Numbered from the stretch's first letter, positions 8,612 to 17,936 are shown. The stretch is 64,000 nucleotides of DNA from Pseudomonadota bacterium (GCA_021324455.1 JAJPJA010000039.1:35594-99593); one strand, 5' to 3'. The notes: a model not told the origin generated them from the sequence alone. A program made the numbers and translations.

Positions 8612-9097
8612 ATGAGCATCACCTCCGACGGCAGCTACTTCGAGGATTTCACCGTGGGCGATACGCTGGTACATCAGCGCGGCCGCACCATCACGGAAAC
8701 AGACAATCACATGTTCACCTCGCTGGTGATGAACACCGCGCAGCTGCATTTCAACCAGCACCTGGTGGACCGCGAGCCGGATACCTATTTCAGCGGGCGG
8801 CGCGTGGTTTACGGCGGCGTGGTGCTGGCGTTCGTGGTGGGTTTGGCGTCGGAGGATACCAGCGAGAACGCGATCGCCGAGCTGGAGATGGACAACGGGC
8901 GGCATACCAATCCGGTGTTTCACGGCGACACCATTTACGCCGAATCCACCGTGCTGGAAAAACGCGATTCGCATCGGCCCGACGCCGGCATCGTCAAGTT
9001 CAAGCTGATTGGCAAAAGGCCCGACGGCACCGTGGTGGTGGAAATCGAGCGCTCCGTGCTGATCAAGCGCAAATCCTACTTTCTCAAAAATTCCTGA
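8612..9097 (+). CDS. MaoC-like dehydratase, second hot-dog protein
   Basis: Paralogous single MaoC domain (FEDFTVGDTLVHQRGRTITETDNHMFTSLVMNTAQLHFN). It starts 5 nt after the ACAD stop. Confidence 0.8.
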   Translation: MSITSDGSYFEDFTVGDTLVHQRGRTITETDNHMFTSLVMNTAQLHFNQHLVDREPDTYFSGRRVVYGGVVLAFVVGLASEDTSENAIAELEMDNGRHTNPVFHGDTIYAESTVLEKRDSHRPDAGIVKFKLIGKRPDGTVVVEIERSVLIKRKSYFLKNS

Positions 9098-9109
9098 GAG
9101 GTTGCAGAC

Positions 9110-10147
9110 ATGTTCGTCCTCGACGGCGGCAAGCGCTTTGTGATTCCACGCACCGAGATGACCTATCCCGGGCATAACCTCAAGCTGCATCAGAACGCGG
9201 CCGACCCGGTCAAGGCGCCGGTCGATCACGTGATGGCGGATTTCGAGGACGCCTGCCCCTACGAATTCAAGGGCGAGAAGAGCCGCAAGGTGATGGTCGA
9301 GGCGCTCAACACGCTGGACTTCGGCAAGAAGGTGGTGACCATCCGGCCCAACAACATTCACTCCAGCTTCTTCAAGGGCGATATGGAAGCGGTGATGCTG
9401 GGGGCGCCCAACCGCTTTCACGGCATCATCCTGCCCAAGACGCGCGGCCCCGAGGAGATTGTCGCGGTATCAAAGCTGCTCGACGATCTCGAGAAGCGCG
9501 GCGGATGGCAGTACAAGGTCCAGATCGAGTCGCTGATCGAAACCCCGCACGCGTTGATCCGCGCGTATGACATCGCCAGCGCGTCGGATCGGATGGCGGG
9601 GCTGATTTTTGGAATCGCGGATTTCGCCGCCAACCTCGGTATCCGCGAGATCGTCGAGGACCAGAACCGCAACTTCCACTACGCCAAGCAAGCCGTGGTG
9701 ATCGCGGCCAAGGCGGCGGGACTGCATGCGATCGACAACGTCTATCTGCGCCTGATGCGCAAGGACGATCCGCCCGAACGCGTGGCGGAGATCGAGCGCG
9801 GTCTGCGCGAAAAGAACACCGGCGCCGCCAATCTGGGTATGGACGGCACCTGGGTTATCCATCCGCAGCAGGCGGAAATCGCCAACGCCTGCTTCTCACC
9901 GACGCCCGAGCAGGTGGACGAAGCGCGCCGCGTGGTCAAGCTCTACCACGAGAAGGGCGGCGGCTCGATGGCGGACCCCAAGACCGGCGACATGATCGAC
10001 GAAGCCACGATCAAGATTGCCCTGATGGATCTGGCCAAAGGCGTGCAGATGGATTTGGTGTCGCCCGAAGAGCTGGCCGATTGGTCCGCGCGCAGCCGCG
10101 AAATCACCGGCTACGACATCCTCCAACTGATGCGCCGTGTGCAATAA
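9110..10147 (+). CDS. HpcH/HpaI aldolase / citrate lyase beta subunit (CitE)-like CoA-ester lyase (malyl-CoA, citramalyl-CoA or HMG-CoA lyase type)
   Basis: 345 aa with the CitE/Mcl-like N-terminus VMADFEDACPYEFKGEK. Co-oriented with, and 13 nt downstream of, the second MaoC gene. Confidence 0.8.
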   Translation: MFVLDGGKRFVIPRTEMTYPGHNLKLHQNAADPVKAPVDHVMADFEDACPYEFKGEKSRKVMVEALNTLDFGKKVVTIRPNNIHSSFFKGDMEAVMLGAPNRFHGIILPKTRGPEEIVAVSKLLDDLEKRGGWQYKVQIESLIETPHALIRAYDIASASDRMAGLIFGIADFAANLGIREIVEDQNRNFHYAKQAVVIAAKAAGLHAIDNVYLRLMRKDDPPERVAEIERGLREKNTGAANLGMDGTWVIHPQQAEIANACFSPTPEQVDEARRVVKLYHEKGGGSMADPKTGDMIDEATIKIALMDLAKGVQMDLVSPEELADWSARSREITGYDILQLMRRVQ

Positions 10148-10425
10148 AATCGCGGCTCGCCGCTTAACCTATACCGTGACTCTCATCCATTGAGTGACCA
10201 TGAGATCGCGGCGGCTTGGAGCGAATTGTTGAAAGTAGTGTTTTCGCGGCGGAAAACGAGCAGCAGGTATTTGTCGCCATGGCCGCACTCAGGGATGGAT
10301 TCGGTGCGTTCGCAGATGCCCTCAGCGGGGCGCTCAGCCAACCGGCCGGAGGCTCGGTTGCGATGACCTTCGACTGCGACAACGCCTGCCTGAAAAGTTT
10401 CGAACTGCTGTTATAGCATTGGATC

Positions 10426-12213
10426 TCACCGCTTGCGGCGGGCGAGGATCATTTCGCCGCTGCCGTCGAGGTAGGTGGGGCCGCTGCGCAGCACCGGAAT
10501 GTAGTTGCTCATCTCGCGTTTGGCCAATACCTGGTAGGTGTCTTCACCGAGGATCAGGTAATCGGGCCAGTCCTTTGGATCGATTGCGACCACGGGGAAG
10601 ACCTTGTCGCCGCTGTAGAAAGCGATGTCGTAGTTGAGGCCGAACAGGTACGCCGCCTTATCCTTGCCGACGGTCCGGGCGAGCTGTTGGGCGAAGTCTT
10701 TCAGCGCGATGGTGTTGGCGGTCGCCGGCAGGACATAGAGATTGGCGACCATCGACAGGCATGCGACGCCCACCGCCGTGCCGCAGACCAGTTTCGCCGC
10801 GGTTGGCGGGGTTCGCAGCAACAGGTAAGCGACCGCGCCCGCAACCGCGGCAATCGCCATCACCGCGATCCAATGCGCGCCGATTGCGGCCGACAGTTCA
10901 GGAACGAAGCGCGGCGCCTTGATGTCGAACGCGGCCAGCGCCGCGCGCGCAGTCGGCGGCCATATCCTGATCAGCCCCGCGGCGATCAGGCCGCCCATGC
11001 TTATTGCACCGAAGAAGATTCCCATTGCGAGCGACCAAAATCGCGTCCACGACGACACTCGCGGCGCCCCCAGCTCATCGGCCAGATAGAGTCCCAACAA
11101 CACCGCCAGCGCCGGATACAGCGCCAGCAGGTAGACGCCGCGTTTGGCGGCGGCGACGTTGTAGAACAGCAGGACCACGCCGAACCAGATCAGGACATAG
11201 AGTGCGCGCGGTTCGAGCAGTTTGCGTTTGTCGGCGAAATACAGGGCGGCGGGGGGAAGCAGCAGCGACCACGGCAGAAACCCCGCCAGCAAAACCAGTT
11301 CGACGTAGTAAAAGCGATGGCCGTGGCCGGGGCTCATGCCGTGATGATGCAGAAACGTGAAGACGTTTTCGGCCAAAATCTGCTTGTCGAAAAAGGCTCG
11401 GCCGCCGACCATAATCGCCGCCAGGTACCATCCGCCGGCCAGGATTCCCACGATCAGCGCGCCCCTGGCCAGTTCCAGATCCGCCAGCAGATTCCATCGC
11501 CCCTGCGCCGCGACAAAGACCAAAGCCACAGCCGCGGGCAGCACCAGACCCACCGGTCCCTTGGCCAGCACCGCCAGCGCAACAGCAAGGTAAAGCGGCG
11601 TCCGCCGCGGCGTCAGACCTTCAGCGATCATCAGGAATTCGAAAAAGGCAATCTCCATGAAGAAGGTCAGCGTCATGTCGACGCGTGCGCCGCCGGCCGC
11701 CTGCAGGAACTGGAAATTGGCGGCCAGTATCAGGGCCGAGAACAGCCCGGCGGACGCGTTGAACAAGCGGCGCACATAGAGATAGCAGCAGAGCACCGCC
11801 AAAGTGGCCATAATCGCGGAGGGCAGGCGCACGGTCCATTCGCCGACGCCGCCGGTCAGCATTGACGTCGCCGCGATCAGCCAATGCATCAGCAGCGGCT
11901 TGGAAGGAAGCTCGACCCCCGCCCGCATCGGCAGGAGGAACGAGCCGATGCTGTGGCCGCGAAACATGTCGAGCACGGTGACGGCTTCGCGCGGCTCACC
12001 CTTGGTATAAAGCGGGTAGCCGCCGAGGTTGACGAAAAACGCGGCCAGGCACACCAGCGTCAGCAGGGGAAGGGCGAATTGCGGCGCCGCCCAGCGCTGG
12101 AATTGCGCATCAAGCGGCGCTGCGGGTGCTTCCCGCCGAGCTTGCGTCAGGGGCTCCTGTGCGGGTTCAGTTGCTGGAGATTGTGCTGGCGTGGCTTGCG
12201 CTTCCATCATCAC
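10426..12213 (-). CDS. glycosyltransferase family 39 (ArnT/PMT-like) polytopic membrane protein
   Basis: 595 aa with about 11 or more predicted TM helices. The N-terminal region resembles undecaprenyl-phosphate sugar transferases of the ArnT type (YTKGEPREA ... RLPSAIMATL). The C-terminal part is a soluble domain. Confidence 0.8.
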   Translation of the reverse strand: MMMEAQATPAQSPATEPAQEPLTQARREAPAAPLDAQFQRWAAPQFALPLLTLVCLAAFFVNLGGYPLYTKGEPREAVTVLDMFRGHSIGSFLLPMRAGVELPSKPLLMHWLIAATSMLTGGVGEWTVRLPSAIMATLAVLCCYLYVRRLFNASAGLFSALILAANFQFLQAAGGARVDMTLTFFMEIAFFEFLMIAEGLTPRRTPLYLAVALAVLAKGPVGLVLPAAVALVFVAAQGRWNLLADLELARGALIVGILAGGWYLAAIMVGGRAFFDKQILAENVFTFLHHHGMSPGHGHRFYYVELVLLAGFLPWSLLLPPAALYFADKRKLLEPRALYVLIWFGVVLLFYNVAAAKRGVYLLALYPALAVLLGLYLADELGAPRVSSWTRFWSLAMGIFFGAISMGGLIAAGLIRIWPPTARAALAAFDIKAPRFVPELSAAIGAHWIAVMAIAAVAGAVAYLLLRTPPTAAKLVCGTAVGVACLSMVANLYVLPATANTIALKDFAQQLARTVGKDKAAYLFGLNYDIAFYSGDKVFPVVAIDPKDWPDYLILGEDTYQVLAKREMSNYIPVLRSGPTYLDGSGEMILARRKR

Positions 12214-12430
12214 ACCGCGACTTAAACATACGCCGTGATGCCAAAAAAGGTGGCCGACGCTGAATCAGGCTACGGCCAGCTCGACAACCTGGCCTGCGCG
12301 CGCATCAGCCCGCTCCACTCCGGCCTTCTTTCCGACCGGCGGCCAGGCGAGAGCGCAAGCGAAGAGGAGAGTTCCAAGCGGGAGCGATGAGGAAGCGATC
12401 ATGCGCGAGCGAAATTTTGCTCGCGCCGCT

Positions 12431-12688
12431 TCAATTCTTCTTCATCGCCGGATCGTCGGAGGACACGCATTTCGCCCAAACGCTGCCGGCCGGAGCATTC
12501 GAACCGACACCGGTTGCAATCGCGACGATTTGTTTGCGCGTGGCTTCGCAATCGTCCGCACTCTCGTACGGACCCGACTGCTTCCATTGATTGAGCGGGA
12601 CGTTGACCTCAATCTTGCCGTTGGTTTTCGGCGCGACCATCAGGTACCAGGCGGCCAGAGCGAGCGCGGCGGTATGCCATCGTTTCAT
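12431..12688 (-). CDS. small secreted protein (85 aa)
   Basis: Clean signal peptide MKRWHTAALALAAWYLMVAP followed by a mature region with 2 Cys. Local GC content is lower than the surroundings. It overlaps only the implausible N-terminal extension of the + strand hydrolase ORF. Confidence 0.4.
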   Translation of the reverse strand: MKRWHTAALALAAWYLMVAPKTNGKIEVNVPLNQWKQSGPYESADDCEATRKQIVAIATGVGSNAPAGSVWAKCVSSDDPAMKKN

Positions 12689-12743
12689 GCCGGTCTTTGT
12701 ATATCAGCGCTGCAAAAACTGAAAGCCTGTTCAATGCAACGTC

Positions 12744-12872
12744 TCACCCGAGCATCAGCGTCAATATCAGGCCAAAGGTGCCGATTTTTAAAACGATCCA
12801 CACCACGTAATCGCCGATCGCGCCCGAGAGTACCCGATGCGCCGCGACAGCTCCGTGGAAAGCCGGCCGCAT
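12744..12872 (-). CDS. possible 42-aa single-TM peptide (below the ORF-track size cutoff)
   Basis: Reverse-strand ATG...TGA ORF encoding MRPAFHGAVAAHRVLSGAIGDYVVWIVLKIGTFGLILTLMLG with a hydrophobic C-terminal helix. It lies in a lower-GC gap and is speculative. Confidence 0.2.
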   Translation of the reverse strand: MRPAFHGAVAAHRVLSGAIGDYVVWIVLKIGTFGLILTLMLG

Positions 12873-12985
12873 GCCTGGGGGCAGGTTGCGTTTCCAAAGC
12901 GGCGCCGGCGCTCAGCATTGTCGCCCGTGCGGTTCAGGGCGGGCGCTTGAATGGCGCGCTGCTATCCGGTAGCGCAAATCTACGT

Positions 12986-13804
12986 ATGGAAAAGCTCGAC
13001 CTGCCCGGCGCCGGTGTGCGCCTGAACTGCCTCGACTACGGCGGCAAGGGTGAGCCGCCGATTCTTTTGATTCACGGCGGCGCCGCTCATGCGCATTGGT
13101 GGGACTTCGTGGGAGAGCGCCTCAAAGATACGCATCACTCGCTTTCCATCGACCTGCGCGGCCATGGCGACAGCGAGCGTGCGGCCGACGGCGATTACAC
13201 TATCGAGGCGCACATTGCGGACCTGTCCGCAGCGATCGGCAACTGGGGTTTTGGCAAGCCGGTGATCGCGGCGCATTCCGGCGGATGCTTCGCCGCGCTG
13301 CCCTACGCCGCGGCTCATCCTGAGGCTATCGCGGGAATGGCGATCGTGGAGCCGCGGGTCTATTGGCCGCCCGAACTGCTGGAAATGGCCAGCCGCCGCA
13401 TCGAACGGCCCCATCGCCGCTTTGCCACTCTGGAAGAGGCCTGCGCGTCGTATCGCTTTATTTTTCCCCCGATTGGTGCGGAACCTGAGGTGCTGGAGCA
13501 TGTTGCCCGGCACAGTTTCCGCCAGGAGTCCGACGGGATGTGGGTCAACAAGACCGAGCGCATGTCGATGGCCGGGATCTTCAACATTTCGGTGATGGAT
13601 TATGCGGCGCGGCTGCGATGCCCCGCGATGGTGATTCGCGGCGACCGCAGCGTGCATCTGTCGGAGGAGGACGCGGTCAGGCTGACGGCGTTGGCCAAGG
13701 CCGGTCCCGCGGTGGTAATCAGCAACGCCCAGCACAACGTGATGCTGGACAATCCGGCGGAGGTCGCGGCCGCGATACGGAGTTTCGCGGCCGCTTTGAA
13801 ATAG
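12986..13804 (+). CDS. alpha/beta-fold hydrolase
   Basis: Motifs HGGAAHAHWWDF and the nucleophile elbow AAHSGG (GxSxG variant). Start placed at the ATG at 12986 (MEKLDLPGAGV...); the track ORF beginning at 12401 is over-extended upstream. Confidence 0.75.
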   Translation: MEKLDLPGAGVRLNCLDYGGKGEPPILLIHGGAAHAHWWDFVGERLKDTHHSLSIDLRGHGDSERAADGDYTIEAHIADLSAAIGNWGFGKPVIAAHSGGCFAALPYAAAHPEAIAGMAIVEPRVYWPPELLEMASRRIERPHRRFATLEEACASYRFIFPPIGAEPEVLEHVARHSFRQESDGMWVNKTERMSMAGIFNISVMDYAARLRCPAMVIRGDRSVHLSEEDAVRLTALAKAGPAVVISNAQHNVMLDNPAEVAAAIRSFAAALK

Positions 13805-13874
13805 CGCGCGCCTACCAGCAGGCGCCGCCGATGTGGTAGCGTGCCGCCAGCATCCGGAAAAGGAGGACGCGACC

Positions 13875-14873
13875 ATGGAATATCGTCCATTCGGCCAGAC
13901 CGGCATCCAGATTTCCGCCATCGGTTTCGGCTGCTGGGAGATCGGCGGCGGCTACGGCAGTATCGAGGAAACCGATTTCATCAAGGCAGTCAATCGCGCG
14001 CTCGATGCCGGCATCAACTGTTTCGACACCGCCGAAGCCTACGGCATGGGTGCGTCGGAGAAATCGCTGGCCAAGGCGCTGGGCGGGCGGCGCAAAGAGG
14101 CGGTAATCACCACCAAGTTCGGTATCGGCTATCCGGGCTTTCCCAACTACCGCGACGCCAGCCGCGCCCGGGTGATGTCCTCGATCGAAAAGGCGCTCAA
14201 GAATCTCAATACCGACTATGTTGACGTGTTCATGGTGCACTGGCCCGACCGCAACGTCCCGTTCGAGGAAACCATGAAAGCGCTGGACGACGTGGTCAAA
14301 CAGGGCAAAGCGCGCGCCGTCGCCGTTTCCAACTTCAAACTGGAGGAGATCGAGCGCTGCATGAAGACGCGGCGCGTCGATGTGGTGCAGTACTGCTGGA
14401 ACATGCTGGACCGCCGGATGCAGAAGGGGATTTACCCGTACTGCCAGAAAAACGGAATCGGGGTGATGGCGTACGGTTCGCTGGCGTACGGGATGCTCAC
14501 CGGCACGTTCAGCGTCGAGATGAATTTCGACTCCGACGACTGGCGCTCGCGGCGCGGCAAACTGGGCAACGTCAACCTGTTCCAGCATCTGTTCGGCCCC
14601 GAACAGTTCGTCAAAAACATCCGCGCCGTCGAAGAGCTCAAGGAAATCGCCAGGCGCTACGGCAAGACGCTGCCGCAGCTCGCGCTGCGCTGGACCACCA
14701 GCAATCCGGTAATCAGCACGGCGCTGGTCGGATGCCGCAACGAGAAGGAAGTCAACGACAATATCGGCGCGCTGGGCTGGACCATCTCTGACGCCGACAT
14801 GAAGGAAATCGACGCGATTTTCGCGCGCAACGGCGTTATCACCGAGCCCGACCTGTGGCTGGAGGAAGTCTGA
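13875..14873 (+). CDS. aldo/keto reductase
   Basis: AKR fold (GFGCWEIGGGYG ... NCFDTAEAYG). An AGGAGGA RBS lies 7 nt upstream of the ATG at 13875. Confidence 0.85.
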   Translation: MEYRPFGQTGIQISAIGFGCWEIGGGYGSIEETDFIKAVNRALDAGINCFDTAEAYGMGASEKSLAKALGGRRKEAVITTKFGIGYPGFPNYRDASRARVMSSIEKALKNLNTDYVDVFMVHWPDRNVPFEETMKALDDVVKQGKARAVAVSNFKLEEIERCMKTRRVDVVQYCWNMLDRRMQKGIYPYCQKNGIGVMAYGSLAYGMLTGTFSVEMNFDSDDWRSRRGKLGNVNLFQHLFGPEQFVKNIRAVEELKEIARRYGKTLPQLALRWTTSNPVISTALVGCRNEKEVNDNIGALGWTISDADMKEIDAIFARNGVITEPDLWLEEV

Positions 14874-14904
14874 CCCCATCGGCTAAGGCGGGAGGAGGAC
14901 GGCC

Positions 14905-15345
14905 ATGAACGATGTCGACAAACTCATCGCGGTCGAAGAAATCAAACAACTGAAGGCCCGCTACTATCGCTGCATGGACACCAAGCAGTGGTCCGGATGG
15001 GAAGAGGTGTTCACCGCCGACGCCACCATGGACGTGAGCGAGGAGCGGCCGCCCGGCCACAACGATCCCGTGCCCGTAATCCAGGGCCGCGCCAAAATCA
15101 TTCCGTACGTCAGCAAGGTGCTCGAAGGCGTGGTCACCGTCCATCACGGGCATATGCCTGAAATCGAGATCACGTCGGACACCACCGCGCGCGGGATCTG
15201 GTCGATGGAGGACAAGCTGCGATGGCCCGACGGCAAGACCACCCTGCACGGGTACGGCCATTACCACGAGACCTACGAAAAAGTGGACGGCAAGTGGCGC
15301 ATCAAGACGCTGAAGCTGACGCGCCTGCGGATCGACCGGACCTGA
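14905..15345 (+). CDS. NTF2-like (SnoaL/BaiE-like) small protein
   Basis: 146 aa. The KARYYRCMDTKQW pattern is typical of the SnoaL_4 / DUF4440 family. A GGAGGAGG RBS is present. Confidence 0.65.
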   Translation: MNDVDKLIAVEEIKQLKARYYRCMDTKQWSGWEEVFTADATMDVSEERPPGHNDPVPVIQGRAKIIPYVSKVLEGVVTVHHGHMPEIEITSDTTARGIWSMEDKLRWPDGKTTLHGYGHYHETYEKVDGKWRIKTLKLTRLRIDRT

Positions 15346-15380
15346 ACTGAGGCCGCGGGTCTCGCCAACGGAGGACTACG

Positions 15381-16172
15381 ATGGATCAAAAAGGAAAGGT
15401 AGCCATCATCACCGGCGCCAGCCGCGGGATGGGCAAGCAGATGGCGCTGCGGCTGGCCAAACGCGGCGTCAACGTGGTGCTGGCGGCGCGCACCGTGGGG
15501 GCGAAAGAAAGCGAATGGCCGGGGTCGCTGACCGAGACCGCCAACGAAATCCGCGGTTTCGGCGTTGACGCGGTGCCGGTCAAATGCGATCTGACGGTGC
15601 GCAAAGACGTCGAAAACCTCTGTCATGCGGCGCTGGAGAAGTACGGACGCGTCGATTTTCTGCTCAACAACGCGCGCTATGTCGGCGAGGGACATTTCGA
15701 TCCTTTCCTGGATATCCCGTTCGAGCTGTGGGACAAGTATCTCGCCGCCAACGTGATGGCGCCGATCGTCGCCACGAAGATCTGCCTGCCGGTGATGGCA
15801 AAGCAGAAAAGCGGGGTCATCATCAATACCACTTCCGCGGCGGCTTATTCCGATTCCGGTCTGCCCGGCGGGCGGGGCGGCACCGGGCCGCATTACCCGC
15901 TGACCAAGGCGGCGCTCGACCGGTTTACCAAAGCCGTATCGCTGGAGACCGAATCGATGGGCATCCCGCTCATCGGACTCGATCCCGGCGCGACGCTGAC
16001 CGAGCGTGTGCAGATCCAGACCGCCAAGTACGGCTTCGACATGAGCATCTTCCATTCGATGGATATTCCGGCGGCCGCCGCGGAATACCTGTGCACGTGT
16101 CCTTATCCGATGCGCTACAACGGCCAGGTCGTGGTCGCGGCCGTGCTGTGCAAACAGTTCAACCTGTCATAA
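15381..16172 (+). CDS. SDR family oxidoreductase
   Basis: Rossmann motif TGASRGMGK and the catalytic Tyr...Lys motif YPLTK. Confidence 0.85.
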   Translation: MDQKGKVAIITGASRGMGKQMALRLAKRGVNVVLAARTVGAKESEWPGSLTETANEIRGFGVDAVPVKCDLTVRKDVENLCHAALEKYGRVDFLLNNARYVGEGHFDPFLDIPFELWDKYLAANVMAPIVATKICLPVMAKQKSGVIINTTSAAAYSDSGLPGGRGGTGPHYPLTKAALDRFTKAVSLETESMGIPLIGLDPGATLTERVQIQTAKYGFDMSIFHSMDIPAAAAEYLCTCPYPMRYNGQVVVAAVLCKQFNLS

Positions 16173-16240
16173 GCACGAGGCCGCGGCTTCCCCGGCGCGC
16201 CGGGCAATAGCGCCGAATCGCGCCGCGAGAGGCATAGAAT

Positions 16241-16284
16241 AAAAAAGGGCAGGGGAGCCAGACTCCCCCGCCCTTGGCCTTTTC
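16241..16284. terminator. bidirectional intrinsic terminator between convergent genes
   Basis: AAAAAA-GGGCAGGGGAG-CCAGA-CTCCCCCGCCC-TTGGCCTTTT: an 11-bp stem with one mismatch, flanked by an A-run on one side and a T-rich tract on the other. It lies between the SDR (+) stop at 16172 and the DUF1329 (-) stop at 16300. Confidence 0.6.
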
Positions 16285-16299
16285 GGGCAAGCTCCCGCG

Positions 16300-17634
16300 C
16301 TATTGCATGATCTGCGCGAGCCCCGAGGGGAACGCCAGGGTCTGCGCGTTCCAGTATTTCTGCGGCGCGAACTTGTTCGCCGTGAGTTCAGCGTAGATCT
16401 CGCTGGTGCTCATGTGCGCATTCTGCAGATCGATCATCACTTCGTTGAAGCTGCCCGGCACCACCGCCTTCTCATGATCGTTGATCGGAATGGGGGCGAT
16501 CAGGGCATAGTCGGTCTTCCACAGATGATTCTGCACGTCGTAGATGTCGACGTTGAAGGGCTGCCAGGTCTCCTTATCCACGTAGAAGACCTTTTCCTGG
16601 TAGCAGTAGCCCTTCAGTTCCGAGAGCGGGGTCAACACGATCACTTCGGTGTCGCGCAGTTCCCAGTTGCCCTCAACCGGCTTGGGCCACGACGGCATCG
16701 ACGACGCCGCCAGATGATACGAATCGTCGCGGAAGCGGGCGACCGGGTCCATGTGCATCATCGCCAGGATCTTGTGCTCGCCCAGGTACTGCACCCTGAA
16801 GTTGGGCCATTGCAGGTTGAAGCCAAGGCCATTATCGTCCTGCACCCAGTCGGTGCCCAGGATCGGCGAGCAGCGCGCCGCCGACGACAACCGCAGCGAA
16901 CGTCTGAGCGAGGGCAGGAAGACGTAGATTTCCTGCACGCGCTGCGGGTCGCTGAACACCTGCGCCAATTGCGTCGTGTACTTTACCTGCTCGGGCTGGA
17001 AGTCGAAGAAGCGCGACACGATCTGCACGCCGTTGGCGTAGGGCAGGGTCTTGGGCATGTCGGGCTCGCTCAGGTTCGACAGCCGCCAGGTATTGATGTC
17101 GCCCTTGGTCAGCGAAACGCTGTGGAACCGGTCGATGGTATGCGAGTTGGTCAGGTAGTGGATGAGAAAAGGATGGTAGCGCTCCCTGACGTTGTAGCCG
17201 ACCTTGGTGCCTTTTTCCGGATCCGACGGATCGGGGAAAGGCACGCCCGCGGTGTAGCCGTCGATGGTGTAGCCGCCGCTCTCGAGCTTGCGCAGTTTGA
17301 CCTGCCCCGAATACTGTTCGGTGTCCTTGCGGTATTGATCGGGCAGCGGAATAGGAATGGCCGGCGCGACCGTGATGGCGTAGTCCGGCTCGGATCCGAT
17401 TTTCCAGAAATACTGGCCGCTGTAGAGCGCCTGCAGCCCGATCGGCAGAAAGCGCCGATATTGCTGCCAGTTCTGCGTGGTGATTTTGGTCCCCGGCGGG
17501 ATGCTTTCGTTGACCCCGGCCAGCGACCGGTAGGCCTGGTCGCTGTAGTTGAACTGAGCGGCGGCTGCCCCGCACAAGCCGGCCATCAGCATAACCCCGG
17601 CCGCGGCCGCCGCTGCTGAACGCCAAAATCTCAT
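16300..17634 (-). CDS. DUF1329 family secreted protein (LolA-like fold)
   Basis: 444 aa with signal peptide MRFWRSAAAAAAGVMLMAGLCGAAAAQ. The composition and length are typical of DUF1329 outer-membrane-associated proteins. No DUF1302 partner is adjacent. Confidence 0.65.
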   Translation of the reverse strand: MRFWRSAAAAAAGVMLMAGLCGAAAAQFNYSDQAYRSLAGVNESIPPGTKITTQNWQQYRRFLPIGLQALYSGQYFWKIGSEPDYAITVAPAIPIPLPDQYRKDTEQYSGQVKLRKLESGGYTIDGYTAGVPFPDPSDPEKGTKVGYNVRERYHPFLIHYLTNSHTIDRFHSVSLTKGDINTWRLSNLSEPDMPKTLPYANGVQIVSRFFDFQPEQVKYTTQLAQVFSDPQRVQEIYVFLPSLRRSLRLSSAARCSPILGTDWVQDDNGLGFNLQWPNFRVQYLGEHKILAMMHMDPVARFRDDSYHLAASSMPSWPKPVEGNWELRDTEVIVLTPLSELKGYCYQEKVFYVDKETWQPFNVDIYDVQNHLWKTDYALIAPIPINDHEKAVVPGSFNEVMIDLQNAHMSTSEIYAELTANKFAPQKYWNAQTLAFPSGLAQIMQ

Positions 17635-17936
17635 CCCTCTTTGACTCCCTTCACGTTGTGTTGAATAGGAACGAAACGATTCCCGAATATGATACGCGAG
17701 GGCTTAAGTTGATGAAAACCTGGGCAAATGCGCCGAGCGTCGGCGGCACACCGCCGAAAATTTATTCGCCGCAGTCTTGACGGGCTGTGCCTTCAGCGGC
17801 CCAGCGGGCTAAAAGCCGTGCCGCCGCTTTGCTCGGCGCCAAAAAAGAGCGGGCGCCTCCACCACTGGCGGGGACGCCTGTGGCGCTGTCCTGAACCTGA
17901 ATTGATGCTGACAGATGCGGCGGGCAGGATGCCCCG

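Noticed and set aside
6736-8622. 628-aa minus-strand ORF spanning the MaoC and ACAD genes; also 7680-8615 + and 8594-9421 -
   Set aside because: Opposite-strand or alternate-frame shadows of genes with clear ACAD and MaoC signatures. His/Arg/Ala-rich junk translation.
10216-10416. 66-aa ORF between the lyase and the GT39 gene
   Set aside because: No RBS or domain, high GC, and it ends 10 nt from the convergent GT39 stop. Too weak to call.
10687-11865. 392-aa + strand ORF inside the GT39 gene
   Set aside because: Arg/Gln/His-rich antisense shadow.
12401-12985. N-terminal 195 codons of the track's 467-aa hydrolase ORF
   Set aside because: No hydrolase homology upstream of MEKLDLPG. The region is better explained by two small minus-strand ORFs.
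12980-14879. Minus-strand ORFs 12980-13921 and 13812-14879
   Set aside because: Antisense to the hydrolase and the AKR, which have strong motifs.
16303-17619. 438-aa + strand ORF antisense to the DUF1329 gene; also 16832-17626 -
   Set aside because: Arg-rich shadow. The DUF1329 frame has a signal peptide and balanced composition.
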